A stretch of DNA of 55,453 bases, from positions 1 through 55,453 of the IMG/VR virus record IMGVR_UViG_3300034093_000080; one strand, 5' to 3'. This stretch comes from a virus. Taxonomy: Duplodnaviria > Caudoviricetes. Under the pieces are notes generated by a model. The model saw nothing but the letters and a program-made list of their open reading frames with translations. It did not search any database and was not told the origin of the DNA. The position numbers were made by a program, and so were the translations under genes. Positions 43,995-53,989 of the stretch are shown here, one piece after another. Every line of letters starts with the position of its first letter. The first letter of the stretch is position 1.

Positions 43995-45414
43995 CCTGTT
44001 CGATGACCAGACGGTGGCCGAGTTCGAGACTCTGCCCGAACATAACCGAATCGCTTTCATCGCGCACGCTCAGTGGATAGCCAAGGCGCACGCCTACCAG
44101 ATACCGCCAGACCTGCATCTGGATTACCGAGTGTTCTTGATGCTTGCGGGCAGGGGTGCAGGCAAGACGAGGTCAGCCGCCGAGGCTTTGTGGTGGTGGG
44201 CATGGACGCACCCGAACACGATGAGCATCGTTTTGGCTCCCACTTCGGGGGACTTAAAATTCACTTGCTTTGAAGGGCCGTCAGGATTGCTTGCCTGCAT
44301 TCCTGAAGCACTGGTGACCGACTACAACAAGCAAGACCACCTGATCAAGTTGAGCAACGGCTCCAAGATTCGTGGTGTATCAGCAGACTCGTATGACCGC
44401 CTGCGCGGCATCAACTCATCCTTTGTGTGGTGCGACGAGTTGGCCGCATTCAACTACCTTGGCCCAAACGAGGCGTGGGACAACATGATGCTTGGCCTGC
44501 GTATCAAGCCAGACGACAAGCCCCACAGCCAGCCTCGTGTGATCGTGACCACGACACCGCGCCCCAAGGACTTGATCCTTGATCTGGTGGGCCGCGAGGG
44601 TGACGATGTGGTGGTGTCCCGCGCCAGCACCTTCGACAACGCCAAGAACCTCGACAAGGCATTCCAGCGGCAGTTGGACTCGTACAAGGGCAGTAAGTTG
44701 TATGAGCAGGAGGTGCTAGGTCAGATCGTTGACCTCGAAGACGGCAAGGTGGTCAGCCGCGATATGTTCAAGTTGTGGCCTGCGCATAAGCCCTTCCCTA
44801 AGTTCGAGTACATCGTGCAGTCCTATGACTGCGCCTTCTCAGAGAAGGAACACAACGACCCGACGGCCATGACGACATGGGGCGTGTTCAAGCCGCAGGA
44901 CGGGCCTATGAGCGTGCTTCTGATCGACTGCTGGGCTGAACACCTGTCCTTCCCTAAACTCAAGCCCAAGGTGCTAGAGGAGTGGCGTGTGTCCTACGGT
45001 GAAGGCAGAGAGGCCAAGCGGCCTGACCTGATCCTCGTGGAGGACAAAGCCGCAGGCATATCCCTGATCCAAGAGTTGCGCTATGCCCACCTGCCTGTGC
45101 GTGCCTACAACCCCGGCAGGGCTGACAAGATGCAACGCCTACAGATCACCGCGTCCATCTTCGCGACTGGCCGTGTCTGGCTTCCTGAGTCCGACACCCA
45201 CAAGGGCTATGTCAGGAGTTGGGCCGAGGGCTTCCTGTCCCAGATATGCGCGTTCCCTGATGCGGCGCATGACGACTATGTGGACAGCGCGACACAAGCG
45301 ATTCGGTTATTGAAGGACATGAACTGGCTCGACATCAATCCAGAACCGCCTGATAATGACGACGACTATCTGGAGTTCACCCAACAGAAACGGGTGAACC
45401 CGTATGCGGCATAA
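43984..45414 (+). CDS. terL: Terminase large subunit
   Basis: AGRGAGKT Walker A, RLRG, WCDE Walker B, VTTTP, SYDCAF and HDDYVDS nuclease residues. Confidence 0.95.
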   Translation: MLADLFDDQTVAEFETLPEHNRIAFIAHAQWIAKAHAYQIPPDLHLDYRVFLMLAGRGAGKTRSAAEALWWWAWTHPNTMSIVLAPTSGDLKFTCFEGPSGLLACIPEALVTDYNKQDHLIKLSNGSKIRGVSADSYDRLRGINSSFVWCDELAAFNYLGPNEAWDNMMLGLRIKPDDKPHSQPRVIVTTTPRPKDLILDLVGREGDDVVVSRASTFDNAKNLDKAFQRQLDSYKGSKLYEQEVLGQIVDLEDGKVVSRDMFKLWPAHKPFPKFEYIVQSYDCAFSEKEHNDPTAMTTWGVFKPQDGPMSVLLIDCWAEHLSFPKLKPKVLEEWRVSYGEGREAKRPDLILVEDKAAGISLIQELRYAHLPVRAYNPGRADKMQRLQITASIFATGRVWLPESDTHKGYVRSWAEGFLSQICAFPDAAHDDYVDSATQAIRLLKDMNWLDINPEPPDNDDDYLEFTQQKRVNPYAA

Positions 45415-45422
45415 GGAGCAAC

Positions 45423-48400
45423 ATGGCTGACCCAACCAAAGTAATCAAAGGCGGATTGAGCGCCGTGCGCAACGCAAGCCGTGCGGCAGATCAGGCGCTG
45501 GAGGCCAAGAGGCTGGCGCTGGAGGCGGCTAACCCTCCCATCAAGGCGTCGGAGGCTTACGGCCAGCATGAGGGCGCGTATATGAAGCCGATCTTCTATG
45601 ACCGCATGAAGGTTGATCTGTCTGAGGGCAAGAAGGGTGGCCCCGGGTTCTCTGGCATCCAACTTGTTGACCCCAACTACGCCAAGGCAAAGGCGGCGGC
45701 AGGCGTGACCGACCAGAAGATGGCAACGCGTATCCTGAACCGCAACAAGGCTGGTGTTCCCGCAGGTGCCAAGGTGATCTGGACACCGTCGGTCGGTGGC
45801 CTTGAGCAACACAAGTCCAACTCAACCCTATTTGGCAAGTTCGCTGACATCTTTGCCAGCCAGCGCAAGAATATGTCTCCCGACGAGATACAGAAGTTAA
45901 GCGACTACGCCAGCACTAAGGTGGACAATCAGGGCAAGTTGATCTTCCCTAACGGCATTGACTTAGGCTCCAACAGGTTCCGCCAGAAGGTGACAACCTA
46001 TAACCAACGCGCCCTGATGGCTGACATCTTTGCTGGCCGTGGTGTAGGTGGTGAGAAGGGCCGCACGGTGCCTGTGGAGGAGTTGCTTGAGAAGAACCTC
46101 GACCCCAATGTGGCAAGTGCTGGCACGCTCGATTTAGGCAACAGGCTGTTCAGGCTTGATGGCAGTGTCATTGACCGCCCTGACCTGCACAGCGACTACC
46201 GCAAGATTTTGACTGGCGAAGACCTTGGCGTGAACTACATTCCCGTGCCCATCAGAGATGTGTACAGCGACTGGGAAGTGCAGAAGGCGCTTGACTTGGC
46301 CGCGCAGGGTAAGAACCGACCCGTCACGCTGATGGACTACACGAAGAACGATCCCACGGTGCAGTTGACCGAGGCGCTGTTGACCAAGATGCAAAAGGCT
46401 GGGCAGAAGAAGGGTGGAGTCGTCAGGAGCGAGGAGAGTCCAGAGGATATGGCCCGATTCCAAAAGCGGTATGCAATGCACAAGGCCATCGGTGGCCGCG
46501 TCAGCAGTAAGCCAGTCAAGATGGCAAGCGGCGGAAGCATCTTTGATAAGCCAGTCCACATGATTGACGGTGGCAAGGTAGCCAAAGGCGTGATGGGTGC
46601 TTTCAACAAGGCCAGCACTGCGGCGGATGCGGCAATGGCCGAGGCCAACCTTAAGAAGATGCTTGAGCCAAGTAAGGTGCAACAACGCCTGTACCACGGC
46701 ACGACGGCCACTGAGGGCGGTAAAGGGAAAGAGGCCATACGCCGCCTTAAACCTAGCAAGGAGGGCGCGTTAGGCTCTGGGGTATACATGACCCCCAACA
46801 CACCACACGCAAGTAGTTACACGGGCATTCCTAATGACGAGGCGCTTGCGATGATGAGTCAGGGTAACGATTACACCAAGAAGATGGCTGACCAGTTTAT
46901 GGCTGACCGTGCGGCAGGCAGACTGCGTGAAGGACAGGCAGGCGGCAATATGTTGCCAGTCTATGCCCAGATTAAGAACCCTCTCATCATTGGTAAGTCA
47001 GGCAGGAACATTGACCCAGCGGCTGATGCTCTTATGGGCCTTGGCATGGATGAGGCAAGCGCCATCCGATTGGTGGAGAAGGCGTTTGAAGAGAAGGGTA
47101 ATATCGGCAAGCAGATTCAGAGCAGGGCGCAGGCCCAAGGCTACGACGGCATCATGCAGTATCGAGGCGACGAGTTGTCCGAGGTGGTGTCGTACAACCC
47201 TAACGCAATCAAGAGCGCGATTGGCAACCAAGGCACCTACGACATCAATCACCCAGACTTGAGCAAGGCCGAGGGTGGCGCTATGCTTATGCCAACTAAG
47301 AAGACTCAAGGCTTTGAAGAAGAAAAGCCAATGGATAAAAGTGTCTTAGAAAAAATGCACAAAGCGGTTAAAGAAATGCCAAAACTTCCGACAAGCCCAC
47401 TTGGCTCTGCTTTGAATCTAGGCTATGAGGGATACAAATATTTCTCAGGCAAAGACCCAGTTGGGGAATTTCAAAAAGAACTCAATCGTAAGTTAAACCC
47501 CAAAATGGATACAGGTTCTGTGCCTGTTGAGCAATTTGAAAAGTTTGCCAAAGGCGGTGCCGCTCGACAAGAATCACCAGAAGACATGGCGCGTTTCCAC
47601 AAGCGGTTTGTCATGCACAAAGCCCTTGGCGGTGCAGTCAAGAAGCCCCAGAAGTTTGACGGTGGCGGTATTGCATCACCAGAGGAGAACCTGACGGTTC
47701 CTCCAGACCGCGAGACCAAGGCTGGCTTGATGGCCGAGTACCTTGCCAAAGCGGCAAAGGAGCAGGGCAAGGAAGAATTGTCCAGCCTAAAAAAGCCACG
47801 CGCCATCACGGACTTGCTTAACCGTGGCGTGCTGGCAAACAATCCATTGAGCGCAGGCGTTGACCTTTTCAACATGGGACTGAATGTTGTTGGCGCAGGA
47901 AGCGAGAAGCCATTCCTTGGGTCTGAACACCTAAAGGAATTGATGAACAAGACGGGCGTCACTTCAGGCGAAGAGCGCCCCATGATGGAGACCGCTTTAA
48001 GTTTTGCCAGCCCCACGGCAATGATCAAGGGTGCGATGAAAGCAACAGACGCGGCTAAGAAAGCGCCTGAGTTGCTCAATAAAGCATCAAGCGCAATCAG
48101 TTCGAGTAAACTATCCCCTCTGGCAACAGAGGCGAAGACTGCATCGGCAGGGAAGCCAACAGGAGCAACATATGCTACAAAACAAGAAGGGCCATTTTTC
48201 AGAGTCAGCCCAACAACACTTGACACAAGTAAGGCAAAGACGCGAGGAATTAGAGAAGCGGATGAACTTCAAAGCCCAGCCCCTCTCGGAGGAGGAGCAG
48301 GATCAATTGGACGCGAAACTCCGCAACTCTTATCGTCAGAAGAGGTGGGTCGAATAATTGCTGACCCAGTTGCAAACGAGCCGCTGAACATTGCGAAGAA

Positions 48401-49703
48401 ATACACGCAGGAGACTCAAGGCACTGACTTTGTTTTTCCTGACATTCCTGAAAGTTCGCTCGTTAAGCAATCAGCCATTGGCCGCACGCAACAACTTGCG
48501 GTTGATGGATCGCCTGAGTACAAGACTGCGGTCTTTGATGCTTATGCCCAGCAAATGCCTGATGTGCTTGAGCAGGCTGGCGCAAAGAACTACGACGACC
48601 TGATGGAGAAGGCTTACCGCCAACTTGCAAAAGAGACCGACGACCAGTTCAAAGCCTTGCCTTACAACTTCTCGTACCACCGCGCAGGCGAGGGCAACTA
48701 CAACGGGGCTATGGATATGGCCTCGGATGTCCACGGCAACAAACACTTGTATGTGTACCAAGGCGGTGACAAGCACGACTTCTTGAACCGCGTAGACCCA
48801 GCGTCTGGCTTGAACGAGAACGAAAAGTTCCGCGCAGTGCATGACCTGCTTGGTCACGCCATTTACGGCAACCAGTTTGGCCCCAAGGGTGAAGAGATGG
48901 CATGGGCCATCCACAGCCAGATGTACAGCCCACTAGCAAGGTTGGCTATGACGGCGGAAACCCGTGGTCAAAATTCGATGGTCAACTACAGCCCACTGAA
49001 CGCAAACTTGAAGGCCGAATTGGCAATGTATGACAGCATGGCAAACGAAGCCCGCAGGAAGGGTGACAAGGCTCTGCTAAATGAGATCATTGCGGCCAAG
49101 CGGCAAGCCTATTCAGGCTTTGAGTTCGCGCCCAACAAGGCCGTTCTATTGCCTCCTGAGTTCTTGAGTCCAAAGTACACTGGCGGAATGCCTTCATATC
49201 TTGAAGCCGCAAACCGACCCGTAAAGGGAACCGAAACCCAATCGGTTTTGACTCACTTCAGCAACGACCCCAACTTGCAGATGTTAGACCCCAAGAGGTA
49301 TGGCACTGGCATCAAGGGGGCGGAGGCCGAGCGCCTGCGCGACTATGCTGGTGGCGTGAAGGATCGCTCGTATTTTTACTTAGGGGAGCCGGGAACCGTG
49401 GCACCAGAGGCTGGCCTCGGCGTAAACCGCTACCGTGGCGAAGCATCCAGCCTGTACGACATCACGCAAGACCCCCTGAACTTTCAAAAACTAGCACGCG
49501 AGTCAAACCGCACGCCATTCACGGCAAAATACAACCAAGGCGTGACCTACCCCTTGCAAGATGCAAACGATGTTGAGCGTTTGGTCAAGGAATACGGCTA
49601 CCAAGGCATGGCAAATCCAAAGGCTACCAAGCCAATGGCTATCATGTTCAAAGAAACACCAGTTCGCCGCCAAGCACGCGGTGGGCTTACATTGATGAAG
49701 TGA
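45423..49703 (+). CDS. Large modular (polyvalent) protein with ADP-ribosyltransferase-like domain(s)
   Basis: LYHGT...GSGVYMTP...ASSY...MLPVY...NPL...GYDGI...EVVSYNPNAIKS (ART-like). Also an FRAVHDLLGH domain, a second ART-like C-terminal block, and GG-motif linkers. Confidence 0.7.
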   Translation: MADPTKVIKGGLSAVRNASRAADQALEAKRLALEAANPPIKASEAYGQHEGAYMKPIFYDRMKVDLSEGKKGGPGFSGIQLVDPNYAKAKAAAGVTDQKMATRILNRNKAGVPAGAKVIWTPSVGGLEQHKSNSTLFGKFADIFASQRKNMSPDEIQKLSDYASTKVDNQGKLIFPNGIDLGSNRFRQKVTTYNQRALMADIFAGRGVGGEKGRTVPVEELLEKNLDPNVASAGTLDLGNRLFRLDGSVIDRPDLHSDYRKILTGEDLGVNYIPVPIRDVYSDWEVQKALDLAAQGKNRPVTLMDYTKNDPTVQLTEALLTKMQKAGQKKGGVVRSEESPEDMARFQKRYAMHKAIGGRVSSKPVKMASGGSIFDKPVHMIDGGKVAKGVMGAFNKASTAADAAMAEANLKKMLEPSKVQQRLYHGTTATEGGKGKEAIRRLKPSKEGALGSGVYMTPNTPHASSYTGIPNDEALAMMSQGNDYTKKMADQFMADRAAGRLREGQAGGNMLPVYAQIKNPLIIGKSGRNIDPAADALMGLGMDEASAIRLVEKAFEEKGNIGKQIQSRAQAQGYDGIMQYRGDELSEVVSYNPNAIKSAIGNQGTYDINHPDLSKAEGGAMLMPTKKTQGFEEEKPMDKSVLEKMHKAVKEMPKLPTSPLGSALNLGYEGYKYFSGKDPVGEFQKELNRKLNPKMDTGSVPVEQFEKFAKGGAARQESPEDMARFHKRFVMHKALGGAVKKPQKFDGGGIASPEENLTVPPDRETKAGLMAEYLAKAAKEQGKEELSSLKKPRAITDLLNRGVLANNPLSAGVDLFNMGLNVVGAGSEKPFLGSEHLKELMNKTGVTSGEERPMMETALSFASPTAMIKGAMKATDAAKKAPELLNKASSAISSSKLSPLATEAKTASAGKPTGATYATKQEGPFFRVSPTTLDTSKAKTRGIREADELQSPAPLGGGAGSIGRETPQLLSSEEVGRIIADPVANEPLNIAKKYTQETQGTDFVFPDIPESSLVKQSAIGRTQQLAVDGSPEYKTAVFDAYAQQMPDVLEQAGAKNYDDLMEKAYRQLAKETDDQFKALPYNFSYHRAGEGNYNGAMDMASDVHGNKHLYVYQGGDKHDFLNRVDPASGLNENEKFRAVHDLLGHAIYGNQFGPKGEEMAWAIHSQMYSPLARLAMTAETRGQNSMVNYSPLNANLKAELAMYDSMANEARRKGDKALLNEIIAAKRQAYSGFEFAPNKAVLLPPEFLSPKYTGGMPSYLEAANRPVKGTETQSVLTHFSNDPNLQMLDPKRYGTGIKGAEAERLRDYAGGVKDRSYFYLGEPGTVAPEAGLGVNRYRGEASSLYDITQDPLNFQKLARESNRTPFTAKYNQGVTYPLQDANDVERLVKEYGYQGMANPKATKPMAIMFKETPVRRQARGGLTLMK

Positions 49704-49710
49704 GAAGACT

Positions 49711-52218
49711 ATGGCAACACAATTTCCAAACGACCCCAACGCAGACCGCTTTATCGACGGGCTAAAGATGACTGACGACGGCGGTGCTGTTGCTGATTTA
49801 GAAGAAGAGAATCAGGATGTCGAGGAGTTGGAAGATGGCTCGGCCATTGTGACTCTTGGCGAGTTCAAAGGCCCAGAAGAGAACCCAGACTTTTACGAGA
49901 ACCTTGCGGAGACCATCAACCTGTTCGACCTTGAGAAGATTGGTATGCGATACCTTGATCTGATCGAGAAGGACAAGGAAGCCCGCGAGAAGCGAGACAA
50001 ACAATACGAAGAGGGACTCAAGCGCACGGGCTTGGGGGATGACGCCCCCGGGGGTGCTAACTTCTTCGGTGCCAGCAAGGTTGTTCACCCCATCATGGCC
50101 GAGGCTTGCGTTGATTTTGCCGCCCGCGCCATCAAGGAAATGTTCCCACCTGACGGCCCAGTGCGTACAAAGATTTTGGGCGATGTCACTGACGAGAAGA
50201 CCGAGACCGCAGAACGCAAGCGCGACTACTTAAATTGGCAGTTGACCGAGCAGATGCAAGAGTTCCGCGACGAGCAAGAGCAGTTGCTCACGCAGTTGCC
50301 ACTTGGCGGCTCACAGTTTATGAAAATCTGGTACGACGACAAGAAGCGCCGCCCTTGCGCTGAGTTTGTGCCTATCGACAACATCCTTCTGCCCTTCGCG
50401 GCAGTGAACTTCTACACCGCCCAGCGCGTGACAGAACAGCAAGACATCACTGGTTGGGAGATGCAACAGCGCATCGACCGTGGCCTGTACCGCGACATCA
50501 GCCTGATCCGCGCATCCGCCGAACCAGAGCAGACAGCCGCAGAAAAAGCCAACAACAAGATTGAAGGCAAGTCGTGGGATGACAACGAAGACGGCCTGCG
50601 CCGTGTTTTCCACATTTACACATGGCTGTCGATTGACGACGACCCAATCACTAATGGCGACTCCGCCCCTTACATCCTGATGGTTGACGAGTTAGAGAGC
50701 AAAGTGCTTGGCCTCTACCGCAACTGGGAAGAGGGCGACGAGTCAATGGAAAAGTTGGACTGGATCGTCGAGTTCAAATTCATCCCTTGGAGGGGCGCAT
50801 ACGCTGTTGGGCTACCTCACCTCATCGGAGGTCTCAGCGCGGCCTTGACGGGCGCATTACGGGCCTTGCTGGACACTGCACACATCAACAACTCGGCCAC
50901 GATGCTGAAGTTGAAGGGTGCCCGCATCTCTGGCGCAAGTCAGCAGATCGAAGTGACGCAGGTGACCGAGATCGAGAGCGCCCCCGGGGTCGATGACATC
51001 CGCAAGATCGCTATGCCTATGCCCTTCAACCCACCCTCACAGGTGCTGTTTGAGTTGCTAGGCTGGATCACCACCGCCGCCAAAGGCGTGGTCACTACCG
51101 CTGAAGAGAAGATCGCCGACGCCAAATCCACGATGCCAGTAGGCACCACGCAGGCTTTGATTGAGCAGGGCGCTGTGGTGTTCTCTTCCATTCACGCACG
51201 CTTGCACGAGAGCCAGCGCCGAGTCATTGGCGTTGTTGCCCGCTTGAACCGCTGGTACTTGGACGAGCAAAAGCGTGGCGACATGGTCGCAGAGTTGCCC
51301 ATCAAGAAGGAAGACTTCAAGCGCAACAGCGACATCGTGCCTGTAAGTGATCCCCACATTTTCTCTGAGACACAGCGCGTGGCCCAGATGCAGTCTGTGT
51401 TGCAGTTGTCCACACAGTTCCCTGCAATTTTTGACCAGCGTGCCGTCGTGAATCGAATGCTCAAGCAGTTGAAGATTCCGAATGTGAACGAGTTGATACC
51501 GAATGCCAGCAAGCCTGCGGAGATGAATGCCGCAGACGAGAACTCCGCTATGGCACTGGGCCGACCAGCCTTCGCTTACCCGCGTCAGGATCAGTTGGCT
51601 CACATTCAAGCCCACTTGGCCTTTGCGCTCGATCCTGCTTTGGGATCAAACCGCCTAATCGCGCCCAAGTACATTCCGAACGCGCTGGAACACATCAAGC
51701 AACACATGATGCTCTGGTACACCAGCCAGATGTCCACCTATGTCCAAGGCGACACTGGCGTGCAGTTTGGCAAGTACGAAGACAGCAAACTGGTCAAGCA
51801 GATCGACAACGCGGTGGCCTTGGCCTCTACGCACCTGTCGATGGATACCGAAGAGGTGTTCAAAGGTTTGTTGCCTGCGCTGGAGCAGTTGGGACAGATG
51901 ATGCAACAGTTCAAACCCGCGCCCCCGCCGATGGATGGCGAGGCACAAGCAGTGTTGCAGGCTTCTATGGCCGAGACACAGCGCCGCGCCGCAGAAGACC
52001 AAGCACGCCTTGCCTTCGATACGCAGAAGTTCCAAGCGGAAATAGCGCAGAAAGAAAAAGATCGTCAAGTCAAGATCGCAATGAACGCCGAGGACAACCT
52101 CACGACAGAGCGAATGAAGACTGCCGATTTGACCTTAGACGAGGTCAAACTTCGACAAGAGCAGGAGCAGACTGCTATCAAACTGCAAAACCTTACCCAA
52201 CGAAACTTAGGAGAATGA
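49711..52218 (+). CDS. Portal protein
   Basis: 835 aa after terL. FYENLAE, GASKVVHPIMAEACVDF, LPLGGSQFMKIWYD, PVGTTQALIEQG, VPVSDPHIFS. Confidence 0.88.
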   Translation: MATQFPNDPNADRFIDGLKMTDDGGAVADLEEENQDVEELEDGSAIVTLGEFKGPEENPDFYENLAETINLFDLEKIGMRYLDLIEKDKEAREKRDKQYEEGLKRTGLGDDAPGGANFFGASKVVHPIMAEACVDFAARAIKEMFPPDGPVRTKILGDVTDEKTETAERKRDYLNWQLTEQMQEFRDEQEQLLTQLPLGGSQFMKIWYDDKKRRPCAEFVPIDNILLPFAAVNFYTAQRVTEQQDITGWEMQQRIDRGLYRDISLIRASAEPEQTAAEKANNKIEGKSWDDNEDGLRRVFHIYTWLSIDDDPITNGDSAPYILMVDELESKVLGLYRNWEEGDESMEKLDWIVEFKFIPWRGAYAVGLPHLIGGLSAALTGALRALLDTAHINNSATMLKLKGARISGASQQIEVTQVTEIESAPGVDDIRKIAMPMPFNPPSQVLFELLGWITTAAKGVVTTAEEKIADAKSTMPVGTTQALIEQGAVVFSSIHARLHESQRRVIGVVARLNRWYLDEQKRGDMVAELPIKKEDFKRNSDIVPVSDPHIFSETQRVAQMQSVLQLSTQFPAIFDQRAVVNRMLKQLKIPNVNELIPNASKPAEMNAADENSAMALGRPAFAYPRQDQLAHIQAHLAFALDPALGSNRLIAPKYIPNALEHIKQHMMLWYTSQMSTYVQGDTGVQFGKYEDSKLVKQIDNAVALASTHLSMDTEEVFKGLLPALEQLGQMMQQFKPAPPPMDGEAQAVLQASMAETQRRAAEDQARLAFDTQKFQAEIAQKEKDRQVKIAMNAEDNLTTERMKTADLTLDEVKLRQEQEQTAIKLQNLTQRNLGE

Positions 52219-52219
52219 A

Positions 52220-52399
52220 ATGGCTATCACACTTAAAGACGAGCAATCAGAAGCCGTGCGCCAGCAACATCGCAATGCGACTGGTGCATGGATCAACGGT
52301 CAACAAATGAAAGAAGAATCAAAAGCGACGCAACCAGAGGCTAACAGCGACCACGGGAATTTCTCCCAAAACAAGGGCGTAGACAAGAGAAACGCATGA
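52220..52399 (+). CDS. Small hypothetical protein (59 aa; not in ORF track)
   Basis: AGGAG RBS. ATGA overlap with the next gene. Confidence 0.55.
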   Translation: MAITLKDEQSEAVRQQHRNATGAWINGQQMKEESKATQPEANSDHGNFSQNKGVDKRNA

Positions 52400-52581
52400 G
52401 GTATGTCTCCGACTTCATTGGCGCTGTAAAAGCGCGTAAAGAGGCTGTGGTGCAAGGTTTGTCAACGGGTAATGCCGCTGATTACGCCTCGTACCAACGC
52501 CTAGTCGGGCATATCGCTGGCCTTGAGGAAGCCCTTGAAATCCTCAATAACCTTCTAAAGGAAGATAACGATGACAGATAG
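52396..52581 (+). CDS. Small helical head-module protein
   Basis: DYASYQRLVGHIAGLEEA motif, typical between portal and GroES-like genes. Confidence 0.65.
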   Translation: MRYVSDFIGAVKARKEAVVQGLSTGNAADYASYQRLVGHIAGLEEALEILNNLLKEDNDDR

Positions 52582-53005
52582 CACGGTGGCTGGTGATTCA
52601 GCCGATTTGCGGGATGCTTTTCCTGCTGTAGACCCCGGTGCGATACCCCTTGGCGCAAGAGTTTTAGTACAACTGCGCCGAACAAAGAAAACGGTAACGA
52701 GTGCTGGGATTATTTTGGTCTCCGAGACCAAAGAAACCGAGAAGTGGCAAAACATGGTCGCAAAAGTGATCTCACTTGGCCCATTGGCGTTCAAAAAACG
52801 CGACACGATGGAGCCTTGGGTTGAGGGCACTTGGTGCGAGGTTGGTGATTACATCCGAGTCCCCAAGTGGGGTGGTGATCGTTGGGAGGTTCCAGTCCCT
52901 GACGCGCATTCTGATGAAGACCCAGCCCTCTTTATGGTTCTAAACGACCATGAAGTTATTGCCAAACTTACTGGTGACCCACTTGCAATGAAGGCATTCA
53001 TATGA
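52571..53005 (+). CDS. groES: GroES-like co-chaperonin
   Basis: PLGARVLVQ, TSAGIIL mobile loop, AKVISLGP, WCEVGDYI, LNDHEVIA. Confidence 0.85.
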   Translation: MTDSTVAGDSADLRDAFPAVDPGAIPLGARVLVQLRRTKKTVTSAGIILVSETKETEKWQNMVAKVISLGPLAFKKRDTMEPWVEGTWCEVGDYIRVPKWGGDRWEVPVPDAHSDEDPALFMVLNDHEVIAKLTGDPLAMKAFI

Positions 53006-53985
53006 GTACCGAAAACGAACAAGAAGTGATTGTGATTCAAGAGGAGAAAGATGGTTCTGCAACCGTTGATTTGCCTGAAAGTATCCCTTCACCAACAAGA
53101 AACGAGAACGAAGACTCCGACGAGGCCGATGATCGTGCCAGACAGGCCGAAATGGCCGCTGGTGGCGGTGTTGACCCTGATGCGGAAGCCTTGAGAGAGC
53201 AAAAGCGCCTCAAGCGCCTCAAGCGCAAGGAGTACCACAAGCAGGTTTCAACCGAAAAAGACCATAAATTGGACTTTTTGAGCCGACAGAACCAAGAACT
53301 GATCGAAAGACTGTCAGTTTTGGAGAAAAAGTCGCACGGTAGTGACCTTGCACGCTTGAATGCGGCTAAAACTGAGAAGCACAACAAGATTTTGTTTGCA
53401 AAACAGAAAATTGCTGAAGCAACTCAGACTGGCAATGGCGAAATGCTCACTGCGGCGCAGGAATTGTGGTTTGACGCTCGTAGAGAGTATGAAGCCCTTG
53501 ACAATGTGATCAAAAAGGCCACCGCGCCCCAGCGTGAACGCACAATTCGCGCCCCTGACCCACAACTTCAGCGCCATGCGACCAATTGGATGCAAAACAA
53601 CCAATGGTACGACCCTAACGGCAAAGACCCAGATTCAAAAGTCGCTTTGACAATTGATCAGGCTATGGCTGAAGAGGGATGGAACCCCAAGACGCCCCAA
53701 TATTGGGAAGAACTTGACAACCGCTTGCAAAAGTATTTGCCACACCGTTATACTGGTGATACCGATGAGAAACCGATTCGGAATTCTAGACCAAGGAATG
53801 TTGTGACGAGTTCAGGCCGCGAAAGTTCTTCGAGTAGTGCGATTGGAAAAAATCAGTTTGCGTTAACACGCGAACAAGTCCAAGCCATGAAAGATGCTGG
53901 AATGTGGGATGACGCTGATAAACGGGCGAAGATGATTCGACGCTACGCATTGGAAGCCAAACAAAATCAAGGTTATAGGAGTTAA
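53002..53985 (+). CDS. Capsid scaffolding protein (putative)
   Basis: Acidic N-terminus, coiled coils, W..NN.WY, YWEELD.RL, C-terminal LT.EQV..(K)..G. Precedes the capsid genes. Confidence 0.7.
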   Translation: MSTENEQEVIVIQEEKDGSATVDLPESIPSPTRNENEDSDEADDRARQAEMAAGGGVDPDAEALREQKRLKRLKRKEYHKQVSTEKDHKLDFLSRQNQELIERLSVLEKKSHGSDLARLNAAKTEKHNKILFAKQKIAEATQTGNGEMLTAAQELWFDARREYEALDNVIKKATAPQRERTIRAPDPQLQRHATNWMQNNQWYDPNGKDPDSKVALTIDQAMAEEGWNPKTPQYWEELDNRLQKYLPHRYTGDTDEKPIRNSRPRNVVTSSGRESSSSSAIGKNQFALTREQVQAMKDAGMWDDADKRAKMIRRYALEAKQNQGYRS

Positions 53986-53989
53986 GAAA

